Positions 44,108-54,518 of a stretch of DNA of 64,000 bases are shown here, one piece after another. This DNA comes from Clostridia bacterium. GTDB lineage: Bacteria > Bacillota > Clostridia > Oscillospirales > Acutalibacteraceae. The position numbers and the translations under genes are program-made. The stretch spans positions 1 to 64,000 of the forward strand of contig JAFUPP010000039.1 in NCBI GenBank assembly GCA_017481115.1, in the 5' to 3' direction. The notes under the pieces are model-generated. The model was not told the origin of the DNA, made no database searches, and saw only the letters and a list, made by a program, of their open reading frames with translations. Numbering within the stretch: position 1 is the first letter of the stretch; every line of letters begins with the position of its first letter.

Positions 44108-45330
44108 TACTCTGTTTTTCTTCGAAGTATATCCATTGTGGACAGAGGGGTTTTGCAGGGAATATGCAAAAGCTGTTCGGGATGCGGTGCATCCGGCATA
44201 TCCTCACCCTCCAGGGTGGTTATCCTTTCCACCGTAAATGTAACATCTTCCTTTTCAGGGGAAAGAATTTCAAGAGTATCACCGACAGAAAACTTATTCT
44301 TCTGACGGATAAGTGCAACCCCGTCTTCCCAACCCTCAACGGTGGCTATAAGCTCGTGTGTGCGGACATATCCACCCGTAAAGGTGTTAAATCCGTCCGC
44401 CCCCATGGGAGCGTAATAAAAGCCGGTTGAAAAGTCACGGTGGGATGCCTTTTGTGCCTCGGCAAGACAACGGCTGCGGTCATAGTCACCCTTTTCAAAA
44501 TACTCATCTATTGCCATTTTGTACGCCTTGACGGTACAAGCAACATAGTAGGCGGTCTTCATTCTGCCCTCAATTTTGAAGGAATCGACACCCGCTTTTA
44601 TAAGATCGTCGATATGCTCCACCATACACATATCCTTCGAATTGAATATATATGTACCCTTGCCGTCCTGCTCAACGGGGAAAAATTCACCCTCACGCTT
44701 CATTTCGGTAATGGTATACTGCCAACGGCAGGGCTGTGCACAGGCACCACGGTTGGCATCCCTTCCGGTGAGAAACGCCGAAAGATGACATCTTCCCGAC
44801 ACCGACATACACATAGCTCCGTGAACAAAGCACTCTATCTCGGTTTCTCCTACCGCCTTTTTTATGGCACGTATATCCTCAAGTGATACCTCACGTGCAA
44901 GAACTATCCTTTTTGCACCCAGCTTTACATATTCAAGTGCCGTAAGGGCGTTGGTGACGTTTGCCTGGGTAGAAACGTGTATATCTATGTTGGGAGCATA
45001 AATTTTCGCCATAGACATAACACCGATATCGGCAATGATAAAGGCATCGGGCCCGATCCGTGCCATTTCGGTGAAAAAGCCTTGAAGCTGCTCTGTCTCC
45101 TCAACTGTGGGATAGGTATTTACGGTAACGTAAACCTTTACTCCCCTTTTGTGACAAAGCTCCACCGCATAGGAAAGCTCGTCAATATCAAAATTGCCTA
45201 CCGCCGCACGCATACCGAACTGCTTATATGCAAGATAAACCGCATCGGCACCGTATTCTATGGCGTAGTTAAGCCTTGTAATATCTCCGACCGGAGCCAG
45301 AAGCTCCGGTCTTTTTAATGTTTGCTGCAT
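44107..45330 (-). CDS. Peptidase U32 family protein
   Basis: U32 motifs: GADAVYLAYKQFGMRA and EIECFVHGAMCMSVSGRCHLSAFLTGRDANRGACAQPCRW. Confidence 0.85.
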   Translation of the reverse strand: MQQTLKRPELLAPVGDITRLNYAIEYGADAVYLAYKQFGMRAAVGNFDIDELSYAVELCHKRGVKVYVTVNTYPTVEETEQLQGFFTEMARIGPDAFIIADIGVMSMAKIYAPNIDIHVSTQANVTNALTALEYVKLGAKRIVLAREVSLEDIRAIKKAVGETEIECFVHGAMCMSVSGRCHLSAFLTGRDANRGACAQPCRWQYTITEMKREGEFFPVEQDGKGTYIFNSKDMCMVEHIDDLIKAGVDSFKIEGRMKTAYYVACTVKAYKMAIDEYFEKGDYDRSRCLAEAQKASHRDFSTGFYYAPMGADGFNTFTGGYVRTHELIATVEGWEDGVALIRQKNKFSVGDTLEILSPEKEDVTFTVERITTLEGEDMPDAPHPEQLLHIPCKTPLSTMDILRRKTE

Positions 45331-45331
45331 T

Positions 45332-46472
45332 TTATAATACTACCATTTCGGCAAAATCATATTCACCCGTCTCGGCCTTAAACATAGCAAAGCCGTCGGC
45401 ATACCAGCCGTCATAGGTTGCGTTTCTGATGGAGGTTTCTGCATCCTCTTTCCATACCTCTGTGGGTGCGGGGGGTGAAAGTACAAGACATACCTCTATG
45501 GATGCCTGTCCCTCAAATATCTTCATATCTCCTGCCTTTGAAGCGTATGCAAACTCCTGGAATTCAAGCGAATTTGTTTCGTTCAAAGGAACATAGCTGT
45601 TCTCGGAAAGGTACTGTGTAAACTCATCGTCTGCCTTGTAGCCCTTTTCAATGCAAATCTTTTTACCTGCCGCAAGAAGTGTAGCGGCATCGGTGGGCTT
45701 TTGGTCAATAATGAGCTGTGCGATCGCCTTTGCTTCGTCGGCGGTCTTTGCAACAAAGTTTTCACCGTAGTCAATAAAGAAGGATGTATAGTTCATCTCG
45801 TCATATGCAGCCTTGGATTTATTGTACTCCTCGGTAAGCTGTGCATCGGTAAATGTGGGATCGTTGAACTTCTTGTTTGAATATTCGGTTGCAAGTGCCT
45901 TGAGGGTAAGCATTTCACGTACATCGTCTGCATTTACACCTCTTCCGTATACCGATATATCTGCAATGGTCTGAACGGTGGTATCTATCTTTGCAAGCTG
46001 CTCTGTAGTAAGGCTGAAGCCGTTTTTGACCGCTTCATCGGCAAGGAAAAGATACTTCTTTACATTGTCGGTTGCCTGGCTTATGAAAAAGTCCTCCCAG
46101 GTTCTGTTGTCATCATAGTCCTGATCTGCGAACTTCTTGGTTGCATCAAAGCCGTAGTATGAAAGGTCGCCCTCCTTACTCTTGTAGTCTTCGTATGCAT
46201 CGTATACAAAGCAGGAGAAGGTTGCATAGTTTACCTCGTGCGAAGCACTTTTAATTGCAATCTTTTCACGGTAGTAGCTTCCGTTATTCTTTGCCGCATT
46301 AGACATAAGAACGGTGGTAAGAACAATGGCAACAATAAGCAAAAGTGCCGCAAAGAAGCTTATGATCACTATTCTTTCCTTCTTCTTTTGTGCCTTTGCC
46401 TCTGCCTCTTTTTTCTGTTTAATAAGCTGTTTTTGCTCGTTGTATAACTGAGTCTTATTTTTTTGAGCCATT
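45332..46472 (-). CDS. Membrane-anchored hypothetical protein (Lys/Glu-rich N-terminus, one transmembrane helix, extracytoplasmic domain of unknown function)
   Basis: The ATG at 46472 is preceded by AAAGGAAA. MAQKNKTQLYNEQKQ...IVIISFFAALLLIVAIVLTTVLM... I see no recognisable domain. Confidence 0.6.
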
Positions 46473-46484
46473 TTAATTTTCCTT

Positions 46485-49097
46485 TCAGTTTTTATATACA
46501 GCGGTGGCGTTTCCCCAAAGGGATCCGTCATCCGTATTTATGGGACGAAAACTTATCTCTCCCGAAATATGCATATCGGTAAGAATTCCTCTGCCTATTT
46601 CGGCATTTACCGAAACAACGGTGTTCGTTTCGGGTGCATCCGACCAAAGCTGATGCTGTGAACGTGTGTTGACAAAAAAGCTGAATTCATCCTGCTTTTT
46701 ATAGGCTATGACACCGCATCTTGCAGAATCATACACCGCAACAAACCTTGCTCTTGAATGATGGTGTGTATCCTTTTCAGCCCTTACGGTATGCTTGAAT
46801 CTTCCAAGATATCCGTCATCCGTATCACCCTTAAAGGATACGGGGCCAAGGCAGTAATACTCTGCGGTATTGCTTCCTTGCGGCATATACATATCAAAGC
46901 CGACACGTGAAATACCCGCTATCTCGTTATCACGAATGAAGGTATATTTTACGGTTACTTCCCCCGCCTTATTGACGGTGTAGTAAAATTTTGCCTGGAT
47001 GTGATGGGGCTTTCCCCTTTCGGCTATGACGGTAAGGCAGGTTATATAAATCTGTCCCGTCAATTCATCGTATACGGCATCGCTGTCCCTTACAGAGATG
47101 ATCTCATTAGCAAAACCGGTTGAATCCTCCTTCAAGAAGACCGACGGTACCACCTTTGACACCACCTCGGTGCCGCCCTTCATCACCCTTGTAATATAAC
47201 CCTTTGCTCTGTCAAAAACAAGAGAAAAATCCTTGCCCTGTACCGAAAACTCGGCATCGGTAGTATTTAAAGTAAGTTTTTTGTCGGGGAGCAGCTTTTC
47301 GGTGCGTCGGTAGGGACGTTTTATTTCAAAACAGTCAAAACCCATCGTATGTCCCTCGGTAAGAAGGTTGCCGTATATGTTTTTATAATAAAACCTTATT
47401 GCCGAATCGGCATTTTGAGGAAGCTTTAGCTGAAGACAAAACTCGGCGCTCTTTTTGGATGCAAGGGTCATAATACCGAGCGAGGCGGCATCGGTAACCC
47501 TGCCAAACTCCGATATCTCGTAAAATATCTCGTAGTTTGAGATGTACGAAAAGTCAAGCTCGTTTTGTATCTCAAACCTTCCGCCCTCAAGATCAAGCGG
47601 TGTGACGGTGATGGGCTTATAAAGACGCTTTATTTTTTGTGAAAGCTCCTTACTTTTGAATCTGCCGTCAAAATACACAAGCGAATCAAAATCCAAAAGA
47701 TCGGCAGAAAAACCTCCCCTGCCCTGACTTCCGTAGTGAACGCAACGCATTTTATCAAGACGGTTGACACGCTCCGCCGTAAAAAAGATGTTTTTACCCT
47801 CCTTTACCGAGCCGTCAATATTCCAGGCAAGTACCGAGGAATGATTTTTATCCCTCGCGGTGAGAAGATTCAATCGGTTATACACCGCACCCTCCCACTC
47901 GTTTGAGCTGCTTATGGTGTCGGGCAGATACTGCTCGAATTTTTCTGCATAAAGCTCTGCCGTGTTTATTATGTAAAAGCCGTAGCGGTCGCAAAGCTCG
48001 TAAAAGACGGGAAGAAGCGGTGCGGCATCGGTCACTATTGTATTGACCGAATGCTGTTTTAACACCGAAAGCTCGTTTATATAGTCATTCTTTGTCATTA
48101 CCTGACCGTTTGGCTTTACCCTTTTTCCGTAAAGCACCGGCTTTAAGGTTATTCTTTTTTTGTTATATAACAGTCCGTTTTGGTCAAAGACGGTCTCTCT
48201 TATACCCGTCTTTACGGGGATATACTCACCGCCAAAGGAAAGTATGACCGTGTAAAGCTCCGGGTTTTCGGCACTGTAAAAGGCAGGAGAATCAACCTCA
48301 AAGGTGATATGTCCGTCATCACAGGCCTCGGTCTGTAATAAAAACTCGTTTTGCGGAGAATAAAGCAATGCCGTCATCCCCGAATACACAACCGCATCCA
48401 CCGTTACATTTATATAACCCTTGGTGCAGTCATTGGAAAGCTTGGTTGAAACTATAAAATCCCTTATATGTCCCTTGGGACGAAGAAGTATATAGCTGTC
48501 TGCATATATTCCGAAAAGTTCTCCCATTCGCTTTTCGAGATAACTTCCGTCGCAAAACTTCATTACAACTGCGGCGATTCGGTTGCTTCCGTGGTGCAAA
48601 AGGTCGGTTATATCAAACTCCTGCAACGCAGAGGTAACCTCGGCAAAGCCTGCATACTCTCCGTTTACATACAGATAAACACAGCTTGACACGCCCTCGA
48701 ATACCATATACTTTCTGAATAAGTCGGTGTTTTCATTTACCTCAATATCCTTTACAAACACCGCCGCAGGAGTATCGGGCGGGATGTACGGAGGATCAAA
48801 GGGAATATCGGATATATTTTGCCCGGCAGGTATTATGTCGTTTGAATTGAGGTTACAGGGAAGCTCAATTTCGGGCAGACGGGAGAGATCCGTATCGGGA
48901 CGTAACGCCGCTTCGGGCACCCTTAATACAGATGTATAATACCCAAACCGCCATTTCCCGTTTAGTTCTATACGGCGGTCACTCTCCTTACCGTCGAGTG
49001 CCGACGCAAAGGAGGAATAGGGGGTAAAAAGGCTTCTTGCCCCCGCCGTTTTATCACGGAAAACCGTCATATCCTCAAAAAATCCTGCTAACTTCAT
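46485..49097 (-). CDS. Glycoside hydrolase family 2 (LacZ-like) homolog that apparently lacks both catalytic Glu motifs
   Basis: LNGKWRF sugar-binding domain and KFCDGSYLEKRMGELFGIYADSYIL align with LacZ LNGEWRF and [26 protein letters not shown]. At the LacZ WSLGNESG position this protein has AWNIDGS, and I find no EY.HAMGN nucleophile motif. No signal peptide. The ATG at 49097 lies 2 nt beyond the alr stop. Confidence 0.6.
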   Translation of the reverse strand: MKLAGFFEDMTVFRDKTAGARSLFTPYSSFASALDGKESDRRIELNGKWRFGYYTSVLRVPEAALRPDTDLSRLPEIELPCNLNSNDIIPAGQNISDIPFDPPYIPPDTPAAVFVKDIEVNENTDLFRKYMVFEGVSSCVYLYVNGEYAGFAEVTSALQEFDITDLLHHGSNRIAAVVMKFCDGSYLEKRMGELFGIYADSYILLRPKGHIRDFIVSTKLSNDCTKGYINVTVDAVVYSGMTALLYSPQNEFLLQTEACDDGHITFEVDSPAFYSAENPELYTVILSFGGEYIPVKTGIRETVFDQNGLLYNKKRITLKPVLYGKRVKPNGQVMTKNDYINELSVLKQHSVNTIVTDAAPLLPVFYELCDRYGFYIINTAELYAEKFEQYLPDTISSSNEWEGAVYNRLNLLTARDKNHSSVLAWNIDGSVKEGKNIFFTAERVNRLDKMRCVHYGSQGRGGFSADLLDFDSLVYFDGRFKSKELSQKIKRLYKPITVTPLDLEGGRFEIQNELDFSYISNYEIFYEISEFGRVTDAASLGIMTLASKKSAEFCLQLKLPQNADSAIRFYYKNIYGNLLTEGHTMGFDCFEIKRPYRRTEKLLPDKKLTLNTTDAEFSVQGKDFSLVFDRAKGYITRVMKGGTEVVSKVVPSVFLKEDSTGFANEIISVRDSDAVYDELTGQIYITCLTVIAERGKPHHIQAKFYYTVNKAGEVTVKYTFIRDNEIAGISRVGFDMYMPQGSNTAEYYCLGPVSFKGDTDDGYLGRFKHTVRAEKDTHHHSRARFVAVYDSARCGVIAYKKQDEFSFFVNTRSQHQLWSDAPETNTVVSVNAEIGRGILTDMHISGEISFRPINTDDGSLWGNATAVYKN

Positions 49098-49098
49098 A

Positions 49099-50262
49099 CT
49101 AAGCCTCAAGATAGCTTACAAAGTCTATCTCTTTACCGTCCTTATAGTATACACGGGGTACACGGTGGGAAATACCGCATATTACCTCGTAGTTTATTGT
49201 GTTCATCATATCGGCAAGTGCCTCGGCGGAGTTTTCCTCCTCGCCTATCGCCACCGCCTCGTCTCCCCTTTTTACGAAGGGTATATGGCTTACATCTACC
49301 ATAAGCTGATCCATACAAACCCTGCCGACTATCCTTGCGGTATATCCGTTAATGGTGAACACCGCATTTTCTGCAAGGGCTCTGGGATATCCGTCGGCAT
49401 AGCCTATTGCAAGGGTGGCTATCTTCATATCCCTTTCTGCCGTAAAGGTCATACCGTAGCTGACGGTATCCCCTTTATGTATGGTCTTTACCTGTGCAAC
49501 CAACGTTTTAAGACTCATTACGGGCTTTAAGTCAAATGCTCCGTTCAATGCCTTAGAGGGTGCGTGACCGTAAAGGATTATTCCCGCCCTCACCGCATCA
49601 AGATGCGTATACTCCTTTGAAAGTATTGCCGCAGAGTTTGCCGCGTGTTTCATTTCAAAGGTGATTCCTCTGCCTTCAAGCTCGTTTACCGAGGAGATAA
49701 ATTTTTCATACTGCATACGGGTCTTTTCGCCCGATTCATCATTATCAAAGTCCGCAGAGGGAAAATGCGTAAATACTCCCTTTACCTGAAGAGAAGGTAA
49801 CTGACAGGCATTATATGCTTCATCGATTCCCTCTTTTGTGCAGGTAAAGCCTATTCTGCCCATTCCGCAGTCAAGCGCTATATGACAGTCTATTTTACAG
49901 CCCTGCTCTTGTGCCTGCTTTGACAGCGTTTTGGCGTAATCCATTGAATATACCGTTTGAATAATACCGTTTTCCGACAGCACCTTTGCCGCCTTTTCAA
50001 CCGTATAGCCAAGAATAAGTATCGGCGTTGTGCGGTCAAACCTGCGTATCTCCAACGCTTCGGTAAGACTTGATACCGCAAACATATCCGCACCCATTTC
50101 GCTAAGACAGGGGCAGATATGACTTACTCCGTGACCGTAGGCATTTGCCTTTACTACGGCTATTATCTTTTTATGCTCTGCGGCGGCCTTTATCTTGAAA
50201 AAATTATGCTTTAGAGCATCAAGATCTATAACCGCTCTGCATCGAAGTAGACTTGTATCCAT
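49099..50262 (-). CDS. alr: Alanine racemase
   Basis: PLP-lysine motif AVVKANAYGHG and a C-terminal ...TINYEVICGISHRVPRVY. Confidence 0.9.
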   Translation of the reverse strand: MDTSLLRCRAVIDLDALKHNFFKIKAAAEHKKIIAVVKANAYGHGVSHICPCLSEMGADMFAVSSLTEALEIRRFDRTTPILILGYTVEKAAKVLSENGIIQTVYSMDYAKTLSKQAQEQGCKIDCHIALDCGMGRIGFTCTKEGIDEAYNACQLPSLQVKGVFTHFPSADFDNDESGEKTRMQYEKFISSVNELEGRGITFEMKHAANSAAILSKEYTHLDAVRAGIILYGHAPSKALNGAFDLKPVMSLKTLVAQVKTIHKGDTVSYGMTFTAERDMKIATLAIGYADGYPRALAENAVFTINGYTARIVGRVCMDQLMVDVSHIPFVKRGDEAVAIGEEENSAEALADMMNTINYEVICGISHRVPRVYYKDGKEIDFVSYLEA

Positions 50263-50466
50263 AATTCTCCACTCTGAAAAAGTTTTATACTTACATATTA
50301 TATTATGGAATCCCCTTTAAGTCAAATATTTTAACCCTTTAGATGATAAATTAAAAATTTGTTTAAATTTTTTAAAAATAGTTTTTGAGAAAATGCGAGA
50401 AAAACAGAGCAAAAACGAGCATTTGAGAGGTTGAAGAAAATAAATTAAAAAATACAAAATATTGTA

Positions 50467-50495
50467 TTGACTTTACCTTTGGTATGTGGTAATAT
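50467..50495 (+). promoter_or_regulatory. Promoter of rplM-rpsI
   Basis: TTGACT, a 17-nt spacer, TAATAT, and GGAGG before the ATG. Confidence 0.65.
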
Positions 50496-50538
50496 GTCTT
50501 GGCGTTAAAAATTTGATTTTTTATTTGGAGGTAACGAC

Positions 50539-50967
50539 ATGTCAACTTATATGCCCAACGCAGGTCAGATCGACCGCAAATGGTATGTTCTTGACGCAGC
50601 AGGTAAGCCCCTTGGTAAGACCGCTGCAAAGGCCGCAGAACTTCTCCGCGGCAAGCACAAGACTGTTTTCACTCCTCATGTTGACTGTGGCGATTTCGTA
50701 ATCGTCATCAACTGTGACAAAGCAGTTCTTACCGGCAAGAAGCTCGAAAAGAAGTTCTACCGTCATCACACAGGCTACATTGGCCATCTTAAAGAGGTCA
50801 AGTATGCAACCCTTATGAACGAGAAGCCCTGCATGGCAATGGAACTCGCAATCAAGGGAATGATCCCCTCAAACACCCTCGGCCGCAAGGCACTTACAAG
50901 ACTTCGTCTTGTCTGCGGCGCAGAGCACAAGAATCAGGCTCAGAAGCCCGAAGTTCTTGAATTTTAA
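50539..50967 (+). CDS. rplM: 50S ribosomal protein L13
   Basis: MSTYMPNAGQIDRKWYVLDAAGKPLG... Confidence 0.95.
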   Translation: MSTYMPNAGQIDRKWYVLDAAGKPLGKTAAKAAELLRGKHKTVFTPHVDCGDFVIVINCDKAVLTGKKLEKKFYRHHTGYIGHLKEVKYATLMNEKPCMAMELAIKGMIPSNTLGRKALTRLRLVCGAEHKNQAQKPEVLEF

Positions 50968-50985
50968 CGGAAGGAGCGAATTATA

Positions 50986-51384
50986 ATGTACGAAAGCAGT
51001 CCTTATTTTTACGGCACAGGCCGCAGAAAGAGCTCGGTAGCTCGTGTACGTGTATACAACGGCACCGGCAAGATCACCATTAACGACAGAGATATTGATG
51101 ATTACTTTGGTCTTGAGACCTTAAAGCTCATCGTTCGTCAGCCCCTCGCTCTTACCGATACCGCAGAGAAGTTTGACATCGTCTGCAGAGTAGCAGGCGG
51201 CGGTGTAACAGGTCAGGCAGGTGCAATCCGTCACGGCCTCGCACGTGCACTTCTCCAGTATAACGAGGAGCTTCGCCCCGCACTTAAGAAGGCAGGCTTC
51301 TTAACAAGAGATCCCAGAATGAAGGAGAGAAAGAAGTACGGTCTCAAAGCCGCACGTCGCGCTCCCCAGTTCTCAAAGAGATAA
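50986..51384 (+). CDS. rpsI: 30S ribosomal protein S9
   Basis: [15 protein letters not shown]...[21 protein letters not shown]. Confidence 0.95.
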   Translation: MYESSPYFYGTGRRKSSVARVRVYNGTGKITINDRDIDDYFGLETLKLIVRQPLALTDTAEKFDIVCRVAGGGVTGQAGAIRHGLARALLQYNEELRPALKKAGFLTRDPRMKERKKYGLKAARRAPQFSKR

Positions 51385-51402
51385 TTACTGTATTATCAAA
51401 AA

Positions 51403-51436
51403 CAAAATGCTCTGTTTTACAGAGCATTTTTTATTT
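51403..51436 (+). terminator. Terminator of rplM-rpsI
   Basis: AATGCTCTG-tttta-CAGAGCATT followed by TTTTATTTT. Confidence 0.8.
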
Positions 51437-51509
51437 TAATATTGAAATTTTCAGGGCATATGATATAATTGATGTACCTAAAGGGTAAATATTAAAAGGA
51501 GTATGTATT

Positions 51510-52253
51510 ATGACTAAAAAGATTTTAGCAGTTCTTCTTGCTCTTACAATGCTTTTTGCTTTTGCAGCATGCGGCAGCTCAGACAAAGAAGATATTACAA
51601 ACAAGGACATCATCGGTGATGTAGATTCCGAAAAGGACAACACAAACGATGACAACGACACCAACAGCAGCGAGGACGAAACCGAAAACGACAACAACCT
51701 TGCCGATCAGCAGGCTTCCCTCTCGGTAGGTCTTGGTCAAAGCACCACAAAGCAGTGGCAGAACAAGGCTCTCGGTCTTGGCTACAACATCCCCGCAAGC
51801 TTTACCGTACTTACTCAGGACGAAATTTCAAAGGACTTCTCAAATGCAGTACCTGCAGGTAACGATCTTACCGCTGCTCTTTCGGCTTCCGGCAAGGCAT
51901 ACTACGATTTCGTTATAAAGAGCGAGGACGGTTCTTCAATAGCTGTTGCATTTATGAATGCCGGCACACCGGTTACCGATAGCATAATCGACTCAACTGT
52001 TGATGGTATCGAAGATTCTTTTAAATCCCAGTACAAATCGATGGGTGCAACCATAAAAGAAATTAACAAGGTCACCAAGAAGCTCGGTTCGGGTTCATAC
52101 AAGGGTGTATCCGCTGATGTGACATATATGGGCGTAAAGATGCAGCAGGCACAGTTTTACGCAGGCGTAGGCAAATACTTTGCATTTATCACTATTACTG
52201 CCCTCGGTGACAACACCGTAGACAGTCTGCTTGCAAACTTCTACGATCTTTAA
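51510..52253 (+). CDS. Lipoprotein with an acidic Asp/Asn-rich N-terminal region, unknown function
   Basis: Lipobox LFAFAAC|G. A TTGAAA(N16)TATAAT promoter lies upstream. RBS AAAAGGAG. Confidence 0.7.
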   Translation: MTKKILAVLLALTMLFAFAACGSSDKEDITNKDIIGDVDSEKDNTNDDNDTNSSEDETENDNNLADQQASLSVGLGQSTTKQWQNKALGLGYNIPASFTVLTQDEISKDFSNAVPAGNDLTAALSASGKAYYDFVIKSEDGSSIAVAFMNAGTPVTDSIIDSTVDGIEDSFKSQYKSMGATIKEINKVTKKLGSGSYKGVSADVTYMGVKMQQAQFYAGVGKYFAFITITALGDNTVDSLLANFYDL

Positions 52254-52261
52254 TACTTAAA

Positions 52262-52302
52262 AAAATAAAAACCGTTCGGGTGACCGAACGGTTTTATTTT
52301 TT
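52262..52302. terminator. Bidirectional terminator
   Basis: AAAACCGTTCGG-gtga-CCGAACGGTTTT followed by ATTTTTTATT. Confidence 0.8.
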
Positions 52303-52303
52303 A

Positions 52304-53527
52304 TTAAAATGCCCATTTGCCGTTTTTGAATATCTGATACTCCTTGCCGTCGAAGGAGGTGCCTGTTATTTCAAGGTCGGCGGTGCCTATCATAAAGTCT
52401 TCGTGTATGATGGAATCGTTTACGCCCATCTCGTGAAGCTCCTTAAGGGTGTACTTTTCAAAATCCTTGGTGGTTTCGGGGAATCCTCTGCCGAGTGCCA
52501 GGTGGCAGCAGGCATTTTCATCAAAGAGGGTGTTATAAAAAAGCAATCCGCTTTCATTTATGGGTGAATCAAAGCCAACAAGCGCACATTCACCGAGATA
52601 TGCCGCACCCTCGTCCATATTGATAAGCTCCTTTAAAAGCTCCTCGTTTTGCTTTGCTCCGCATTCTACCGCTTTACCGTCTTTAAATCTGATCCAGAAC
52701 TCATCTATAAGCTCACCGTTATAGGACAGCGGCTTTGTGGAATAAACGATACCCTCTGCCTCTCCCTTTTTGGGTGATACAAAGCACTCTTCGCTGGGAA
52801 TGTTGGGGTTGAATTTAACGCCCTCAAGCGTGGTTTCCTCACCACCCGCAAACTCACCAAGCTCTCTGAGTCCAACCGTAAGATCGGTGCCGTTTGATGC
52901 CTTATAATGAAGCGTCTTAAGCTGCATATTGTTGAGCTTTGTGTAGTGGTCGCGAAGCTCGGCATTATGCTCCTCCCAGTTGTTTATGGGATCGCCGTAG
53001 GCTCTTGAGCAGGAAAGTATTGCATCCCACAGCATCTCCACCGCCTTTGCGGTACGAACACCGGGGAATATTTTTTTAGCCCACATCTCACCCGGAACTG
53101 CGGCAATACACCACTGATAATGGTTATCCATCTTATCGCGGTAGGGCTTTATTACCTTCATTCTCGACTGGATGGCGGCGGAATATTTTTTCTGATCCAT
53201 TCCCTTTAATCCGTCGGGGTCCTCGCTTACAAGATAGATGGTTGCGGGAAGGGTATCAAGGCGATGGGAAAGACGCTCCTCCTCCCACTTTTCGACCCTG
53301 CCGAGTGTTTTAGGCTTTTGGTATTTTACATTTACCTTGGTAAGAGGCTGGTATGAAAACTGCACCGTTACCTTTGAGGCTCCCGCCTTGTAGCACTCCT
53401 CTACGGTGTATTTTACAAACTCGGGACAGTCAAGCTCGGCAGATATTACTACCTCCTGACCCTTTTGAACATTTGCACCCTTTCGGGCAATGAGTTTTGC
53501 GTACTCACGAAGCACTGTTTTTTTCAT
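52304..53527 (-). CDS. Aminopeptidase, M29 (PepS/AmpS) family
   Basis: MKKTVLREYAKLIARKGANVQKGQEVVISAELD... and the length match M29 aminopeptidases. Confidence 0.8.
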   Translation of the reverse strand: MKKTVLREYAKLIARKGANVQKGQEVVISAELDCPEFVKYTVEECYKAGASKVTVQFSYQPLTKVNVKYQKPKTLGRVEKWEEERLSHRLDTLPATIYLVSEDPDGLKGMDQKKYSAAIQSRMKVIKPYRDKMDNHYQWCIAAVPGEMWAKKIFPGVRTAKAVEMLWDAILSCSRAYGDPINNWEEHNAELRDHYTKLNNMQLKTLHYKASNGTDLTVGLRELGEFAGGEETTLEGVKFNPNIPSEECFVSPKKGEAEGIVYSTKPLSYNGELIDEFWIRFKDGKAVECGAKQNEELLKELINMDEGAAYLGECALVGFDSPINESGLLFYNTLFDENACCHLALGRGFPETTKDFEKYTLKELHEMGVNDSIIHEDFMIGTADLEITGTSFDGKEYQIFKNGKWAF

Positions 53528-54413
53528 TATCTTTATCCTTTCGGTTTATATTCATAATTATGATACCCGCTATCATCACCGCAATACCCGACAATACGGT
53601 AAGGTCTGCCCTATCGTTAAAAAAGGCGATACCTATTACACTTGCGACCATCGGCTCGGCGGTGGCAAGTATCGATGCGGTGGAGCTTTCGGTCCTTTCA
53701 AGTCCTTTTGTATAAAAAATATAGGGCAGTACACAGCATATTATTCCCAATCCCAAGGACAAAAACACCGTTTCAAACGAGGTAAACATCATTTTTGCGG
53801 TTTTTATGGGTTGTCCGCTTATCGACGAGCCGATAAGTGCAAACAAAAAGGTATAAAAGCTGATGGTGGAGGAACGGTAGCCTCTGTTTATGGCATATCT
53901 GCCAAATATCGAATAAAGTGCATATCCGATACCCGACCCAAGACCGAAAAGTATTCCAACGGGTGAAAATGGGGTAGAGGTATTGATTATGCCCGATACA
54001 AGAACACATCCAACGCTCATAAGCACAAGTGAGAGAGCCTTTTTAAGGGTAAATTTTTCCTTAAAAAGTATGCAGGACAGTACGGTTACAAAGGCAGGTG
54101 CGGTATATAGCAGCACCGCCGCTACTCCGAGCGAGTCGTTATACTGCATTGAGTAAAAATAACAGATATTAAAAAAGTACAGACTGAAAAGTCCCGTTCC
54201 CAGAAAACACCATATGTGTCGAGGTTTGATTTTAAGTCCCTTTCGGTCGAATATAAGCATAAATATCAGCATACCGACCGCCGCCGTGAGTGTCCTTACA
54301 AAGACCATCTGCGGTCGGGTAAAGCCTTGGTCAAAAAGGCCGTTGACGAATATACCGATACATCCCCAAAGGGTTGCGGCTATCATTATAAATATTGCGG
54401 ATGTTTTTTTCAT
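53505..54413 (-). CDS. EamA/DMT superfamily transporter
   Basis: Ten transmembrane helices and two EamA repeats. The ATG at 54413 follows GGTGA. A GTG at 54422 is an alternative start. It overlaps the pepS start by 23 nt. Confidence 0.75.
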   Translation of the reverse strand: MKKTSAIFIMIAATLWGCIGIFVNGLFDQGFTRPQMVFVRTLTAAVGMLIFMLIFDRKGLKIKPRHIWCFLGTGLFSLYFFNICYFYSMQYNDSLGVAAVLLYTAPAFVTVLSCILFKEKFTLKKALSLVLMSVGCVLVSGIINTSTPFSPVGILFGLGSGIGYALYSIFGRYAINRGYRSSTISFYTFLFALIGSSISGQPIKTAKMMFTSFETVFLSLGLGIICCVLPYIFYTKGLERTESSTASILATAEPMVASVIGIAFFNDRADLTVLSGIAVMIAGIIIMNINRKDKDNEKNSAS

Positions 54414-54518
54414 TTGCTTCACCGATTCAATTATAAACCCAAAAATTGTTTTTTCAATAGTTGAAACGTCTTTTTGAGTGTGATATAATCTTGATATTCA
54501 AAAAAAGAGGTGTATTTT

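Noticed and set aside
46485-46531. 47-nt overlap between the GH2-like gene and the downstream ORF as annotated from the first in-frame start
   Set aside because: It is resolved by choosing the RBS-supported ATG at 46472 for the downstream gene. No true overlap is needed.
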